A stretch of DNA of 63,905 bases, counting the filler, from Octopus bimaculoides (Eukaryota): the NCBI RefSeq assembly GCF_001194135.2. It is 9 parts of 8 records of this genome, joined end to end, with 100 filler letters (N's around TTAATTAATTAA, not from the genome) between each part and the next. Parts side by side here need not be neighbours in the genome. Positions count along the whole stretch, not along the records: positions 20,086 to 28,799 come from NC_068995.1; positions 28,900 to 31,043 come from NC_068985.1; positions 31,144 to 32,993 come from NW_026396409.1; positions 33,094 to 51,665 come from NC_068983.1; 5 more parts are not named here. One strand, written 5' to 3'. Below, piece by piece: positions 23,712 to 37,291 of the stretch (its first letter is position 1; every line of letters starts with the position of its first letter). Below the pieces are notes generated by a model that had not been told where the DNA came from, searched no databases, and saw nothing but the letters and a program-made list of their open reading frames with translations. Both the position numbers and the translations under genes were made by a program.

Positions 23712-25854
23712 GATGTATTAGAATGCTGGCCGTATAGCTCCTGTTATAGATGAAACTGGAGTTGCGAATCTTTGAACTGTTCTCTTGATTAAGGTCATGT
23801 GCGATTGACCTTTCAAATTATTTAGTGTTATTACATCGCGTTGTTTTGAATATCTCATTGTGAAAGAAACACATCTGACATTTTCAGTGAATATAAATTT
23901 CGGTTTTGTGGTATTATAATCTATACCAATCGTCATTAGTATTTAGTGGAGGCATGATGAAATAATTTAGAATAATTTATTTTTGGCAGATCAACACAAA
24001 AACACTACCACTGACGGTAAGTGTCTACTTGCTTGCCTGACCTGCTAGAAATAACCACCAAATTGACGCGAAAATTCATACGAAACGTTGAGAAATTACA
24101 AGTACACATATAATATTCTCACATATTCATTATGCTTGAAAAGAATGTGTAAATTCATTTCAAGTATCATTCGTGTAGTGAAATGAATTTAAAATTATAA
24201 CCCCTTGTCATTGCGACATCGTAATATCGTTAAAATTTGTCCAAGAAACGAACATCTATAATATATTCCGTCTCTTGTCCGTTTTTATTCTTTTACGACG
24301 ACTATCGACATTTTAACAGATAAGTTGTGGGGCTCACCCAACATCAAGGGGCATACTCCTATTTCCGGCGTTGATATTAAAAAATTAGCACGAAATATGC
24401 AGGTACATACATAAATGCAACATTAATATCCAAATACATGTAGTATCTAAACACAAAATTGTTGAGAGTTAATGTTTGGTTCAATGTGAAACACAAATTT
24501 TGCTACACAATGGTCACCAAAGAAGCAATTATTGACTCTCAGAGAAATATATAATTATGTTGCAGCGTTTACATTTTAAACAATAGTTCGGAATTTGTTA
24601 ATTTTCCATCACTAGTTTATTGATACCGTTAACTGGCAACCAATTATATTTCTTAGATAAAGGATTTCCTGTGGTCGGGAAGATTGGTCACATATTGAGA
24701 TTTATACAATTAGCACAGAATAGACAGAAAACAAGTATATTTCTGCAGATAGCAATGTATATAGGAATCAAATGAATTTTTCTAGCTCGATTTTTCTGAA
24801 AAACAGTCAAGTTCCATGTGGTGTATGTTAAGCAATCAAACATTTACGTATTTTCGAATAGTTTCTCTCATATACTGAAAATAGTACTCTTCTTCAGTCA
24901 TTTGACCATTGAGAAAATTGCAACTCTGAGTTAAGTTTTTATTTTCGTATACAATGCTCACACACGAGTGCACATATATGTGTACCTAGTTATTTACATA
25001 GATANNNNNNNNNNNNNNNNNNNNNNNNNNNNNNNNNNNNNNNNNNNNNNNNNNNNNNNNNNNNNNNNNNNNNNNNNNNNNNNNNNNNNNNNNNNNNNNN
25101 NNNNNNNNNNNNNNNNNNNNNNNNNNNNNNNNNNNNNNNNNNNNNNNNNNNNNNNNNNNNNNNNNNNNNNNNNNNNNNNNNNNNNNNNNNNNNNNNNNNN
25201 NNNNNNNNATATATAATTATATGTGTGTGTGTATTCAACAACACTGTATTTGCGTTACTTTCTTAGTTGTCAATGTTTCTAGATATTGCCTATCGATTTC
25301 CACTATCTTTCACTTACACAAACTTTCTCTCACTTTCGATTGCACTTACTCGCGTTCTTACTCGATCTTATCATCTGATATCTCACCTGTCGTTTTTCCT
25401 CCTTTTCTATGATTGTGCTTCAATCATTTAACTAATACCTAATTTTTCCTTTAGATATTGATGTTGATATATTTAAAACATCCATTCTGTCAACATCACA
25501 ATATGTGTGTAAATATATACATGCATATGCACCCTCTACATATACATATTTGCATATATATATGCGTAAATCGTATATATATACATGAATCTATTGAATA
25601 CCACGCACATACATTTCCTATTATATGGTAATTTTCCATCTAGCTGGTGAGAGAAAACACACTAAGGGACATTTCTTACAACGTAAAAGGGGCATAATTT
25701 CAATAAATTGGAGATTAAAATAGCTATCTATGTATTATACTTAATGTATCAATATACTGTAGATAGATCAGTTACTACAGTGTTTTCCTGCGATTATAAA
25801 TCTTATGGACTTTTGTTACAAACACAATAAATGTCAGACAAAGAGAGCGAGAGG

Positions 25855-25898
<44 letters not shown>

Positions 25899-27832
25899 NN
25901 NNNNNNNNNNNNNNNNNNNNNNNNNNNNNNNNNNNNNNNNNNNNNNNNNNNNNNNNNAGAGAGAGAGAGACGAGAGAGAGAGAGACGAGAGAGAGAGAGA
26001 GACGAGAGAGAGAGAGAGACGAGAGAGAGAGGGAAGAGAGAGCGATATACAAAAAAATCGTCCCAGTAGCAGCCAACAAGAGACCCAGATATATTTTGGC
26101 TATTTTGGGCTTTGTTAGTGGTGCGTAGTCGCAGCAAGCCCGGAGCCGAAGTCGTCTTCTCTGATGTATAAGATAAAACATTGGTTGATGTTGAGAACAG
26201 TTGCGCGGCTGATTAAAAATCGCAACACCAGCAAATGCGTTATTCACTGTTTTCCTTTATAAGAGAGGACGCGAGTTCTCTGTCCGAAAAAAGCCGAAAT
26301 GCATTAACGACTGCTTGGATGAATCTTCATCTCTGTCTTATATTTACTGTGTTTTTAATACAGAAGGTCCATATGAGATATCTCAGGGCAAGTACTGCAG
26401 TACTTGGCTTATCAGAAGTGCGCATGTATTAAATGTGATAGGTTGATGGCTATTCTAACAGCATTAGTCAACTTGCTTATTAATATTTGAAGTCCCCCAT
26501 GATTTGAATTCTACTCCCCTCCCCGATATATATGTACATACTCATATACATAGACACATACATATGCACATAAACATACACACATGTTTGGAACAATGGA
26601 ACACGATGCACAAAGAGCTATAAATAATAGCATGGAAATAGTGGGTTGAAAAAACCCCTTTTGGTCAGAACTTCCCCCACAAAGACTGCCAATGGGACAC
26701 GAGTCTACATCTCCAGTGGCCTTGACTGGCGCTCTACCATTGGATCAAAAACGTCTCTTGATGGTCTTCATCTATTTTAGAAATTTTGTTCTTACCAACG
26801 ATAATTGTATGTTCTTGACGTCATAAGACGTGATCCAGTCTTCCGAAAAGAATTGTTCACGTTCTCACGAGAGTTTATAAATTTTTTTTTTATACATACA
26901 TACATACATATAGTATGTATTGATTTACTGAATATCGTTCGTAGAATTATTGTAATAAGCTGAAACTGGTTGCAGAAAGAAATAAGAACATAACACCATA
27001 GGATAGTGGCTGACAACGAGAAAGGAATACAGTTTCCTTAAATTAAAATTAGTTAAATACCTTAAATTGTCTGACGGATATTATGGTCTCTTTGGAGCTT
27101 ACAAATTCGCTTGATCGGTAAAAATAATACGGTATGTAGGTAGAGAAAAACAAGGCTCCGATTGACGTATAACGAGCTGTAATTTGCACAATGAACAAAA
27201 TTGGACTTAAGGAAATAATTCAGCAAAGACTGAAATAAATAAAATATATGTGGAAATGCGAAACACCTATTCAGAAGATTTCTAATGAATAAGACTTGCT
27301 CTTTCTAGTTGGAGAGCGAAAACTAAACCTAGCAGCCTTCGTTAGTATTCCACTGAGAAGAAGGGAGATAATGCGAAAAAATTTGAATTAATGAAAACAA
27401 AATAAAAAAAAATTAATCGCCTTCCTTAAGGGACGCTAACAAATGTCAGAATTCCCTTTAAGCACGTGACTTAACGATTTTTTTTTTAAACAATTCTTAA
27501 TTTAGTGAAATTATCTTCTCTTTTCTTTGTGAGTCACTAACGAATGCCGCTAGCTTTATATGTTCTCTGTTGAACTAAGAACAAAACTTCAACTCATTAG
27601 GGATGTTTTTGCATACGTCATTCTCCGCATCCATGGAAACTGCATTTATGTTAATTCATGACATTGGCTTATTTGAGTTATTTCCCTTAGCTAAATTCTT
27701 TTTTTTATTGTGTATGAGTGCATATAAGTATATATGTATATGCATTCACACACACGTATATACACATACATATATCATACTAGAAAGTCGAATATTACAA
27801 CACACACACGCAAGCACACACAAACACCACCC

Positions 27833-27897
<65 letters not shown>

Positions 27898-28980
27898 CAC
27901 GCATACACATACGTATACACAAATACGTGGGTGCGTATATATGAATATATATGTGTGTATGGAAGTATATAATTTTTTTTATCTAATTCTTATTTTCGTT
28001 TGTTAATAGAATAAACTTACTTGCATGAAAACCTTTATAGATAAGGATGTATGAAAAGAAAAAAGAAAACAAATCTTTCGAATCCTGCAAAAAATAAATA
28101 TATAAAAATATGTAACTAATAAGTAAAAAATAAAACCAAAAGAGAATGAAATGAAAAAAGAAAAGAAAAGAAAATACATAAGAAACATTTCGAAAATATC
28201 TATACGTCAATGAAGAGAGAGTAAATAAAAATGCAGTTACATACAATATAGAGAATCTTGTTGAATTCTTCTATGCACCAACAACAACAACAACGACGAC
28301 GACAGCAACAACAACACGAGTAAAGAAAACAAGTTTCTGGAATTAAAAGAATGTTATATGTCAATATATTTCATTTTCTTTTGCAGATATCTGCAAAAAA
28401 GATATCGAAGTTAAAATATGTACAGATATTCCTACATATGTGTCAATTCTTGTATCCCGCTATTTCCCGCCATCCTCTCTCCTTTTTTTCATTTTCTATT
28501 TTCTTTTCTCTATTTTTTTCTCTCTGTCAGTCTCTCTCTCTCACTCTCTCTCTATATCTATCTATTTATCTATCTCTTTCTATCTATCTATCTATCTATC
28601 TTCCTCACACTCACCATCTTTCTCAGTGTAAATGTGTGTATGCATGTGAGTGAAACGTGCATGCATTTGCATACCTACCTACCTACCTACCTACCTACCT
28701 ACATACATACATACATACATACCTACATACATACATACCTATCTACCTACATACATACATACATATATATATATGTACATGTATGTACATATGTATGTAN
28801 NNNNNNNNNNNNNNNNNNNNNNNNNNNNNNNNNNNNNNNNNNNTTAATTAATTAANNNNNNNNNNNNNNNNNNNNNNNNNNNNNNNNNNNNNNNNNNNNA
28901 TATATATATATATATATACACATATGTGTTTATATATATGTATATAAAATCAAAATAAGCAACAAGGATATCCAAAGTTA

Positions 28981-29070
28981 ATGCAGTACGATCGTTTCAT
29001 GTGACTCCATTTATTCAAGCAATGTGAACATTACATCAAATGTAAAATGTGGAGCAATCCTCAGCTGCAC
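28981..29070 (-). ncRNA. Type I hammerhead ribozyme motif in a pLTR
   Basis: Minus strand: GTGCAG-CTGAGGA-[stem II with CTCCA/TGGAG]-GAAA-CGATCGT-A-CTGCAT. It has a 6-bp stem I, palindromic stem III and a GUA site. Confidence 0.7.
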
Positions 29071-29840
29071 AAAGATATAGAAATTTACTGAAATTTCATT
29101 TCAACAGGACATATTGTTGTAACAACATTTAAACTCTCCAAGTAGAAAGGAAGAATACAAAAAACCATTTTGACTTAGCCAGACCATACAGGCTAGTAAT
29201 TAATTCTAAGCAGATTTTTAAATGTCACTGTTTTTTTTTGTTTCATCTTATCAGACCTAGTGATTCAAAGCTTAAGAGGGTACCAGCCATTTCCTTATAG
29301 GCAAAGGGAAAGGGGTATACATGGATGATATGATTATAAAGATTCTTTGGGTTTATTGGCAAACTACTATAGGTTGGGGGGGGGGGTTCTCTACTAGCAG
29401 ACCAGTTTATAATGGAGCAGGGGAAGCTTTAACATAAGGCACCTACGTCAAAAGTATATAAAATAAAGTTGCTATATGTGTACAGATACAGTATATGTTT
29501 ATTCATAGTTTTCATTAATCAGAATAATGTATCAGTATTGTTTTACATATGCTAAATTAGGAAAATTTGAGATACCAATATTTGCTTAATTAATATGTGA
29601 ATAAATAAAAGTTAATTATAAATTAATGATGAAATAAAAAATAAAAATAAATAGTGTATAGTAATGTAACTAATCAATCAATGCAGTATGCAAAAACCAT
29701 GAAGTAGTATTAATTTTAAATGTTCTGGTAAAGTACATTTAGACTTATTTACACCAATATAAATGTAATGAACCATAGATAAGATGTGAAATTAAAATTT
29801 TTTTATATATATTGGACTAAAATTTTTTTTTAAATGAAAC

Positions 29841-30177
29841 ATATATCTAACATTATTTAAAGGACACATAAGAGATAAAATTTATTTTATAACTACTGTA
29901 AAGAATTGATACATAGGATTTACATGGTTTATAATGATGGAGTCATCAAGGTTTAAGAAACTGATAAAATGAATGATTGGAATTAACATAGAATATAATG
30001 GTGAAAATTAAACCTATATATCTAATATCATTTAAAGGACACATAAGAGATTTTATAACTAATGTAAAGAATTAATACATAGGATTTACATGGTTTATAA
30101 TGATGGACTCATCAAGGTTTAGGAAACTGATAAAATAAATGGTTAGAATTAACATAGAATACAATGGTGAACTAAAC
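29841..30177. repeat. Tandem duplication of about 175 bp inside the PLE UTR
   Basis: ATATATCTAA..ATTTAAAGGACACATAAGAGA...GGATTTACATGGTTTATAATGATGG... starts at both 29841 and 30016. Confidence 0.85.
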
Positions 30178-31143
30178 AACTAATAGAGAACATGATAATT
30201 ATGTACTAATTTAATTAAACCACACTATCTTAAATTATCAGGAACTTGTGTTAACTAACATGGGCGAAGTACAAAATAATAATGGAACAAGCATCAGATT
30301 TATTCTAGTCACCAATAAAATAACAATAATAATAATACTACCACAAACAATGGAATAATGGAATAACATGAATCTTTTAGGGTCAGGCATCAAATAAAAT
30401 TTTAAAAGGTTTGAAAACTATTAAAAACTATTAAGAAATTTCAAAACATCCTATTCTTTTAAGTTAAATAAAGTAAAGTAAATAAGATACACACTAAACT
30501 AACAGCAATAGCAAAAGTGATGTGAAAAAAAATTTAAGTAAAACTATATACCATCAATGGATAAAGTTAAAATTTTAGTTTTCACAGGAAGATTAGACAT
30601 TAATGTGAGAGATGAAAAATATGCTATAAAAGTTCAATTTCAATTTAAATATGTACTAATTATAGCCTAAGATAAACATGGTAGATGTTAAAATACCACA
30701 CTATTTAAGTTTGCTACTTTTAAGAATATTTAAAAGTGCGAGTGGAACAGTGTACACACAATACTCTAAGGTTTAATCTGTTATTAATCAGGTTAGAACT
30801 GTTTCTAAGTTTTAAAATTTCCTATGTTTCCATGGAACATAGTTCACATCAATATCTGCTATTTCTATAAGGTTGGGCTTTTCTTATAATTTCCCATTTA
30901 AGGCTAAAACTAGTACCACTTTCCTTTAATTCCCAAATTTTATTTGATAACGACATACAATTTGCCTTACGTTTAAGTCTAAAAGATGACAAGTGGTTAT
31001 ATATACGCTGTTTCAAATTAATCGTACATCCCAAGTAAATATANNNNNNNNNNNNNNNNNNNNNNNNNNNNNNNNNNNNNNNNNNNNTTAATTAATTAAN
31101 NNNNNNNNNNNNNNNNNNNNNNNNNNNNNNNNNNNNNNNNNNN

Positions 31144-31184
<41 letters not shown>

Positions 31185-31649
31185 TCTTCAGTCAATTAAA
31201 AGAATGCATATTTGCATCCGGTTTCTTTCAATTGCCATTTGTTTTAATAACTTAATTGTTGCATTGTCTTCTTGATTATTGTCGTATTGTCACATTCTTG
31301 CTTTTTATTGGTCAATTCGTCGTTTGTTTTATTTTCATTGCTTAATTATTATATCCGGTTTCTCAATATTGTTATTCTCTTAACGTCTGTATTGACTCTG
31401 CGAATTCTATTTGGTGTCGCCAAATTTTATTACACTGCAATTTGTTTCTCTTTCGTTTATTGTATCAGGTATCTCTAAATTGTCTTTCTTTTATTGGTCA
31501 AATCATCGGTCACCTTTTCTCCTAACTGGTTTAAATTATTGTTCTTTTTCTTTCTTTCTTTCTTTCTTTCTTTCTTTCCTTCTTTCTTTCTGTATGCATG
31601 TATGTATGTATGTATGTATGTATGAATGTATGTATGTATATTTCTATGT

Positions 31650-31835
31650 GAGCGCCTCTTTGTGTTTGTCTTCTGCCACCGCTTGACAACAGTGTCCGTT
31701 TGTTTACGTCCCCGTAACTTAGCTGTTCGGCAAAAAGAAACCGATGGAATAAGTACTGAGGTCGATTTGCTCGACTAAACCCTTGAAGACAGTACCCCTC
31801 CGTGACAGTCCAATGACTGAAACAAGTAAAAGAAA
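31650..31835 (+). mobile_element. Degenerate 3' half of the major SINE
   Basis: CCACCGCTTGACAAC...GTAACTTAGC.GTTCGGCAAAA...GGTCGATTTGCTCGACTAA...ATGACTGAAACAAGTAAAAG. Confidence 0.8.
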
Positions 31836-31859
31836 AAAATACATATATGCATAACTATA

Positions 31860-32993
31860 TCTTGTGAGCTTCTATATCATAAACAGGTCTAAAAACGAAG
31901 TTTGTTCAATCAGAAATAGTGTGTAATAGGATACGAAGCAGACAGTATCAAAAAGAAGTTCATTAGAATATTCCAGCAATTAAAACTTAAAATAACAATT
32001 AGAACCGACCCAAGGAAAGATTACTTCTGACATTAATATAAACCTAAACAACGGCAAAACCTACGTTAATAAAAACTCCAATCGCCCACTCTCATTTATT
32101 AATTGATTCATTAGTGACACTGATCGATGCATCTGTAACCTGCCCTTAGATAAGTCCATATTAGACAAAGTTAATCCTCATCATAATAAAACATTTGACT
32201 GAAGCGGATTTAGTGAAGAAATTAACTTTATAGAACCCACCTTCCCATCCGATAAAACAGATGCAAACACAGAAAACTCATGCGGTTTAACCCACCATAC
32301 AGCATCAATATAGTTACAATTATAGCTAATTTTTAAAAAACTTTGGTAGATACCTACCATACTTCACATATATAGCATAACACCACGGTTCTAATTTTAT
32401 TTTAGAAATGTGGTGAAAATTATTTATAGCTACCTAAGTATGATAGGATCACACATTTTTAACCAGAGCAAGAAAAACGGCATCATTCCCATTGCAGATA
32501 AACTACCAACTATCCCTGCTCCCTGGTATACCGAGACGTTATGTCTGAAGCGGACAAAACATCGAAAATATATGTATCAGTTTCACCAGAAATACCCGCA
32601 AGGTCCGATATACATACAATGCATAGCCTCTTTCAATAAAAGAGAAAAAAAATCAATGTCTGAATTCGTTGAGAAGCTGAAGGACCGCGGTGAGAAGAAC
32701 CCTTTCATGAGCTGGAGTGCCACGGATAATTCCAGAAAGAGCAGCAAAGTATGTAATCAATGGAATCCTGGTACTATTAACGTGCTGAAAACACCCTCTC
32801 TTCCAGCGGATATTCTTATTTAAAACAAACTAACCGTTTCATATTATATCTGTAGATAAAGCTTAAATTAACTAGTTTCTAACACATTCCCATTTAAATG
32901 GAACGACATATTCAACCTGAGAAACGAACTTCTTCAACCCCTAACTCCCTGATCCCCGAACATTCTCACTATTTACACCTTCGTTACAGTCAC
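31860..32993 (+). mobile_element. Decayed Penelope RT C-terminus and GIY-YIG region
   Basis: Frameshifted motifs resemble L.ITI, Y.N..SN.P, WFNPPYS and a W.....CN segment in PLE order. The element runs into a gap where the pLTR would be expected. Confidence 0.65.
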
Positions 32994-33093
32994 NNNNNNN
33001 NNNNNNNNNNNNNNNNNNNNNNNNNNNNNNNNNNNNNTTAATTAATTAANNNNNNNNNNNNNNNNNNNNNNNNNNNNNNNNNNNNNNNNNNNN

Positions 33094-33124
<31 letters not shown>

Positions 33125-33680
33125 AGGTTTTTATCGCAAATGCTTTAGAACTGCAAAGTTAAATGTCTGGTTAAATGTGTGACCAGGACGAACAAATTCT
33201 GTGTGGACAATTCCTTTCGCATCGTTGAAACAACTCAGCATCTCCTTGACATTCGTCTTCATTTCCATGCTTTCTTGGGGTGTCGTGACTTTGAATGCTT
33301 CCATTGACTTGTTTGCTGCTTTGTTGCCGAGTTGTAGTCGAAACACCAGCTTTCGTTAATAGTGATGGTCTTCGAAAAACGGTCCGAATCAACTTCAGAC
33401 TGTTCTTTCAGTTCACTACACACATTCAGTCGTGACTCCTTTTGATTTTCCGCGTGCAAGGAAGGCACAATTTTTGGTGCAAGTCTTTGCATTCGCAATC
33501 CCGCGCTCAAAATTCGTTGACAGAAGGTCCAGAACACACCAGTCATATCAACAGGTTCATCGATTTTTCAGTGGGGTTCCTTCAAGATCAGTTCATGAAT
33601 TTTCGTGTTGTTTTCATTTGTTTGGGAAGTCGACATTTACCCTGAACGAGATTGGTCTTCAAGTGACAAGTGACCATTCC
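33125..33680 (-). mobile_element. Mariner transposase remnant
   Basis: RFSKTITINESWCFDYNSATKQQTSQWKH and KEMLSCFNDAKGIVHTEFVRPGHTFNQ..AVLKHLR. Confidence 0.85.
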
Positions 33681-34084
33681 TAAAGCATGAAATCTATTCG
33701 TAATGTTATGTTTTGCTCATGGCATTTCCTTGTAGGCTATCTAGTTACTGATCTTGAAAATTAAGTACATGCTTCAACATCATATGTTAAGAATTCTGTA
33801 TGGTCGGAAATTAAGATACACTAGTGATTTCTATTTTTAGGAGTGCTATTTTTCTTCATCTTCGCATTTTGTAAAATATAACTTAGAGGGAGTTTAGGAT
33901 AAACTATGGAACATATCATAAAGCAATCCGGTGTTGGTTAATATAAGTTGGATTGTTTAAGACATTCGTTATATTTACTGAAAAGCTCATTATCTCCCCT
34001 TGATTTCTCTTTTTCTTTTCCTTTCCTAAATGCGTGCGCTCACGAGAGACACCCTTTCCAGAAATAATGCATTAACTTAACTTT

Positions 34085-34800
34085 TAAACTAAGAAGAGAA
34101 AATAACCGTAATGTTTCGGACGTGATTCCTTCATCAGAAGAACTTCACAGGGAGAAGGAGAAAGAGAAACATTATTAGTGAAGACAGGAATAAGAGAAAA
34201 ACAGGTTAAGGAATAGGTGTCATGAGCGAATATTTTTCTATAGGGGTGTTAGTGTATATTGCATGGGGGTGCACGTATACAAGTTTATCCAAGCTTAGTC
34301 ACGAACGTAAAGGGATATCATTTGTATAGTTTTGAAGATGCCTTCAGGTGTCGGATAGTTTGAAATTGCGGACATATTTGGTCATCGGTGAGCAGAAATA
34401 TATGTTAGTGATTCAGTACCAAAATGTATGGTGTGTGTGTAAATGTATTTTGAAGGCATTAGGTGATCGGTGAAAATGAGATAGAGGGATGGAGTGCGAG
34501 TATAAGTTTTAAAAAGCCCAGAGAGTTGTGAAGGATGTTTAAGAATTGTATGGATGGTTAGGTGGGGTATTACACAGGGTGAAGGCTGTAACAAGGGAGG
34601 TGTAAAGAGAAAGAAATCATATGAATGAAGAATATGATATAATAATAAATGAAGGAGCAATAATTACAATAGTGGTATGTAAGAAAGGTCTCTTGTGACC
34701 TGCGAGAGGAGGAAATTAATGAGGCTCGGTGAAGAGGTGAATGAAACGTGACAGAGGTGTGCGTACGTATCTGAAGCTTACACATGCGAGGGGGAAAAAG
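34085..34800 (-). mobile_element. Probable PLE 3'/pLTR fragment ending in a degenerate hammerhead (34105-34140)
   Basis: Minus strand CTGATGA-A-GGA-atcacg-TCC-GAAAC-ATT, with a pyrimidine-rich pLTR-like region upstream. Stems I and III are mutated. Confidence 0.5.
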
Positions 34801-35804
34801 AAAAGGGAAGGGTTTAGTTCTTTTTTATTAAGAAATAAATGAACAAAGAGAAGGAAAAAGAGACAAGGCGCAAGTTCAGGGAGAGAAAATGAAGAATTGA
34901 AGAACAGTTAATTACAGTATAACAATGATGTTTTTTAAGAAATAGCATTTCTACCCTGAAGCAGCCCTGATATCAATTGTGAATATCAAATTAACTCTAA
35001 AAATATTTCATTATACTATATTCACATATACACTTGTACAGTATTAAAAAAATGACGGTTTGCGCGTACCCATGAAAGCCTACAACTATTACCACTGAAT
35101 TCTAATTTCAATAGTTCTATTTCAAATGATTGTTTGATGTTTCATTTAGCACCCTATTCATTCAGCGTCCTGTAATTTAAAAACATAATTCAACTCCCTT
35201 ATTTGCCTCACTGGTATGAACATTAAAAGATGGAAGTAATTGTCGACCGAGAATTTTTTCATAAGAAATATATATCTATTCTAGTGAAAGTTCTACCTAA
35301 AGTAAGATTTGCGTATTTATATATACTTACATTTCTTACATTATTGTATGCACAAGGGCAGGCATAAATGTATTTTCGTGTATGTGATTGTGTGTATGTG
35401 TGTGTTCGTGTGTATGTGTGTGTTTGTGTTTGTTTGTGTAAATGATTGTAACGATTAAAAACGTATACCTTAATATCATTGACAGAGAGCAATATATTTA
35501 CTATATTATACAAATATGAAACGCACACAGAATACTTCGAGTTTTTCACTAACCCACGTGTACTATTCTGTAAATCATTATTCCCCGGAAGTCTCACCAA
35601 TTCAATAAAATATTAAAAAGGAACAACTGATTTCAAGAAAGAAGCGAAATACGCGTGAAGAATAAGTAGATTTAGAATTGAAAACTAAAGCAATGGAAAA
35701 ATAACATCAGTTTGCGGGACTCTGAAATACATACACGCACGCACGCGCGAGCGCACAAACACAGACACACACAAACGCACACTTATGCATGTACACATTT
35801 TGAA

Positions 35805-35840
<36 letters not shown>

Positions 35841-36929
35841 NNNNNNNNNNNNNNNNNNNNNNNNNNNNNNNNNNNNNNNNNNNNNNNNNNNNNNNNNNNN
35901 NNNNNNNNNNNNNNNNNNNNNNNNNNNNNNNNNNNNNTATATATGTATATGATAATATATAAATATAACGGACATCTCGCACTTGTGATTATCGCACCTG
36001 GATAATCTCTAAGAATATTGCAAAAGATCGGTTGAGTTCGGATTTTCCGACTGAGATATTATACAATTATGAGTAGCAAGACATGGCATAGAAAGCATTC
36101 TTGCGCAGGCAACGAATTCCTTGCCTGTGTGAAAATTTATTCGTCAAACTTGAACAAAAGAGGCCTGACCAACGAGAGTATTGCATTGCCTAGTTCCCAG
36201 GAAAATTTTGTTACTTGATTAATATTGAACTGACGTCAATATTGATATCTTGAAACAATCATTTGATGCTAAAAGTAAGGTGTTTTATTTTTACGTATAA
36301 TTGTATCTATAAAAAAGTACAATCCCCAAGAAGTACAACAAAAGGAAGAAATAATTTCGTCAGCCCATACTGGAAGGTACAAATATTTAAAAAGAAAACA
36401 GTCACTGAAACAAGAAATCGTCTAAACAATTAAGCTGGAAATAAGAGAGTACACACAAGTTTGTAAATTCTACCTGCGCTGTGTACACTGGTACGAAATA
36501 ATGATGCAAACTGTCCCTTCACATACCCGAAACAGCGCCACAGCTGCATGGGGCAGGAAAACATTTCTCTCCAATAGGGCAATTCAAAGAAAGACCCAAA
36601 ACAAGCAAAAAGGATCTGTATCGCCTTCTACCAAAGCTCAAAGACGCTGAATTTTGCGCATTCCTTCCGACGGGCAGCCCTCCATAGGTGTTATTAAAAG
36701 GGCTACAACTGAGCAAAAATTTCTTTTCATGCATGCCACGAAATATTACACTGCAATTAATCTGCCAACATTAGATTCAGAATCGCATCCCTCTCCACCA
36801 ATATACATGACCACCATAGCCAACGGATCCAGATTTGCCATCATTGGCAAGATATTACATCAATTCCCTTTCTACACCTTACAAGACTGTTACAATTCAG
36901 TACCAGAACAAAATTTAACATATGCCCAC

Positions 36930-37002
36930 GGGCATATGGTGTAGTGGTTAAGAGCGCGGGCTACTAACCCCAAGATTCCGAGTTCGATTCCAAGCAGTGA
37001 CC
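36930..37002 (+). mobile_element. tRNA-like SINE head
   Basis: A box TGGTGTAGTGG and B box GAGTTCGATTCC. It lacks a proper acceptor stem, so it is not called a tRNA gene. Confidence 0.75.
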
Positions 37003-37010
37003 TAAACATT

Positions 37011-37071
<61 letters not shown>

Positions 37072-37245
37072 TACACACAATGAATTTGTAATAAAGTTGA
37101 ATACAGATTTATATCGAGTATTATTCAGGAGATAATAATCTAGTTCTATATTTAAGAGATTAGGAATGTTGTACCTTTTTACATTATTGACATCATTTAC
37201 ATTATTTACCTTCGACGGATATTTGTCTTCATCTTGTTTCTTGTT

Positions 37246-37291
37246 AACACAACGTTTCGGCTGATATACCCTCCGGCCTTCATCAGGTATC
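37246..37291 (-). ncRNA. Minimal type I hammerhead within a short repeat (37180-37345)
   Basis: Minus strand: GATAC-CTGATGA-A-GGCCG..CAGCC-GAA-ACGT-T-GTGTT. It has a 5-bp stem I with wobbles, a loopless palindromic stem III and a GUU site. Confidence 0.7.

Larger units (their letters stand above)
28945..31043 (-). mobile_element. Penelope-like element 3' region (GIY-YIG endonuclease, AT-rich UTR, pLTR)
   Basis: YMGCTINLKQRIYNHLSSFRLKRKANCMSLSNKIWELKESGTSFSLKWEIIRKAQPY...CELC is a PLE GIY-YIG domain. A hammerhead lies at the distal end. Confidence 0.8.

Noticed and set aside
36930-37002. Functional tRNA gene
   Set aside because: It lacks an acceptor stem and a recognisable anticodon arm, so it is treated as a SINE head.
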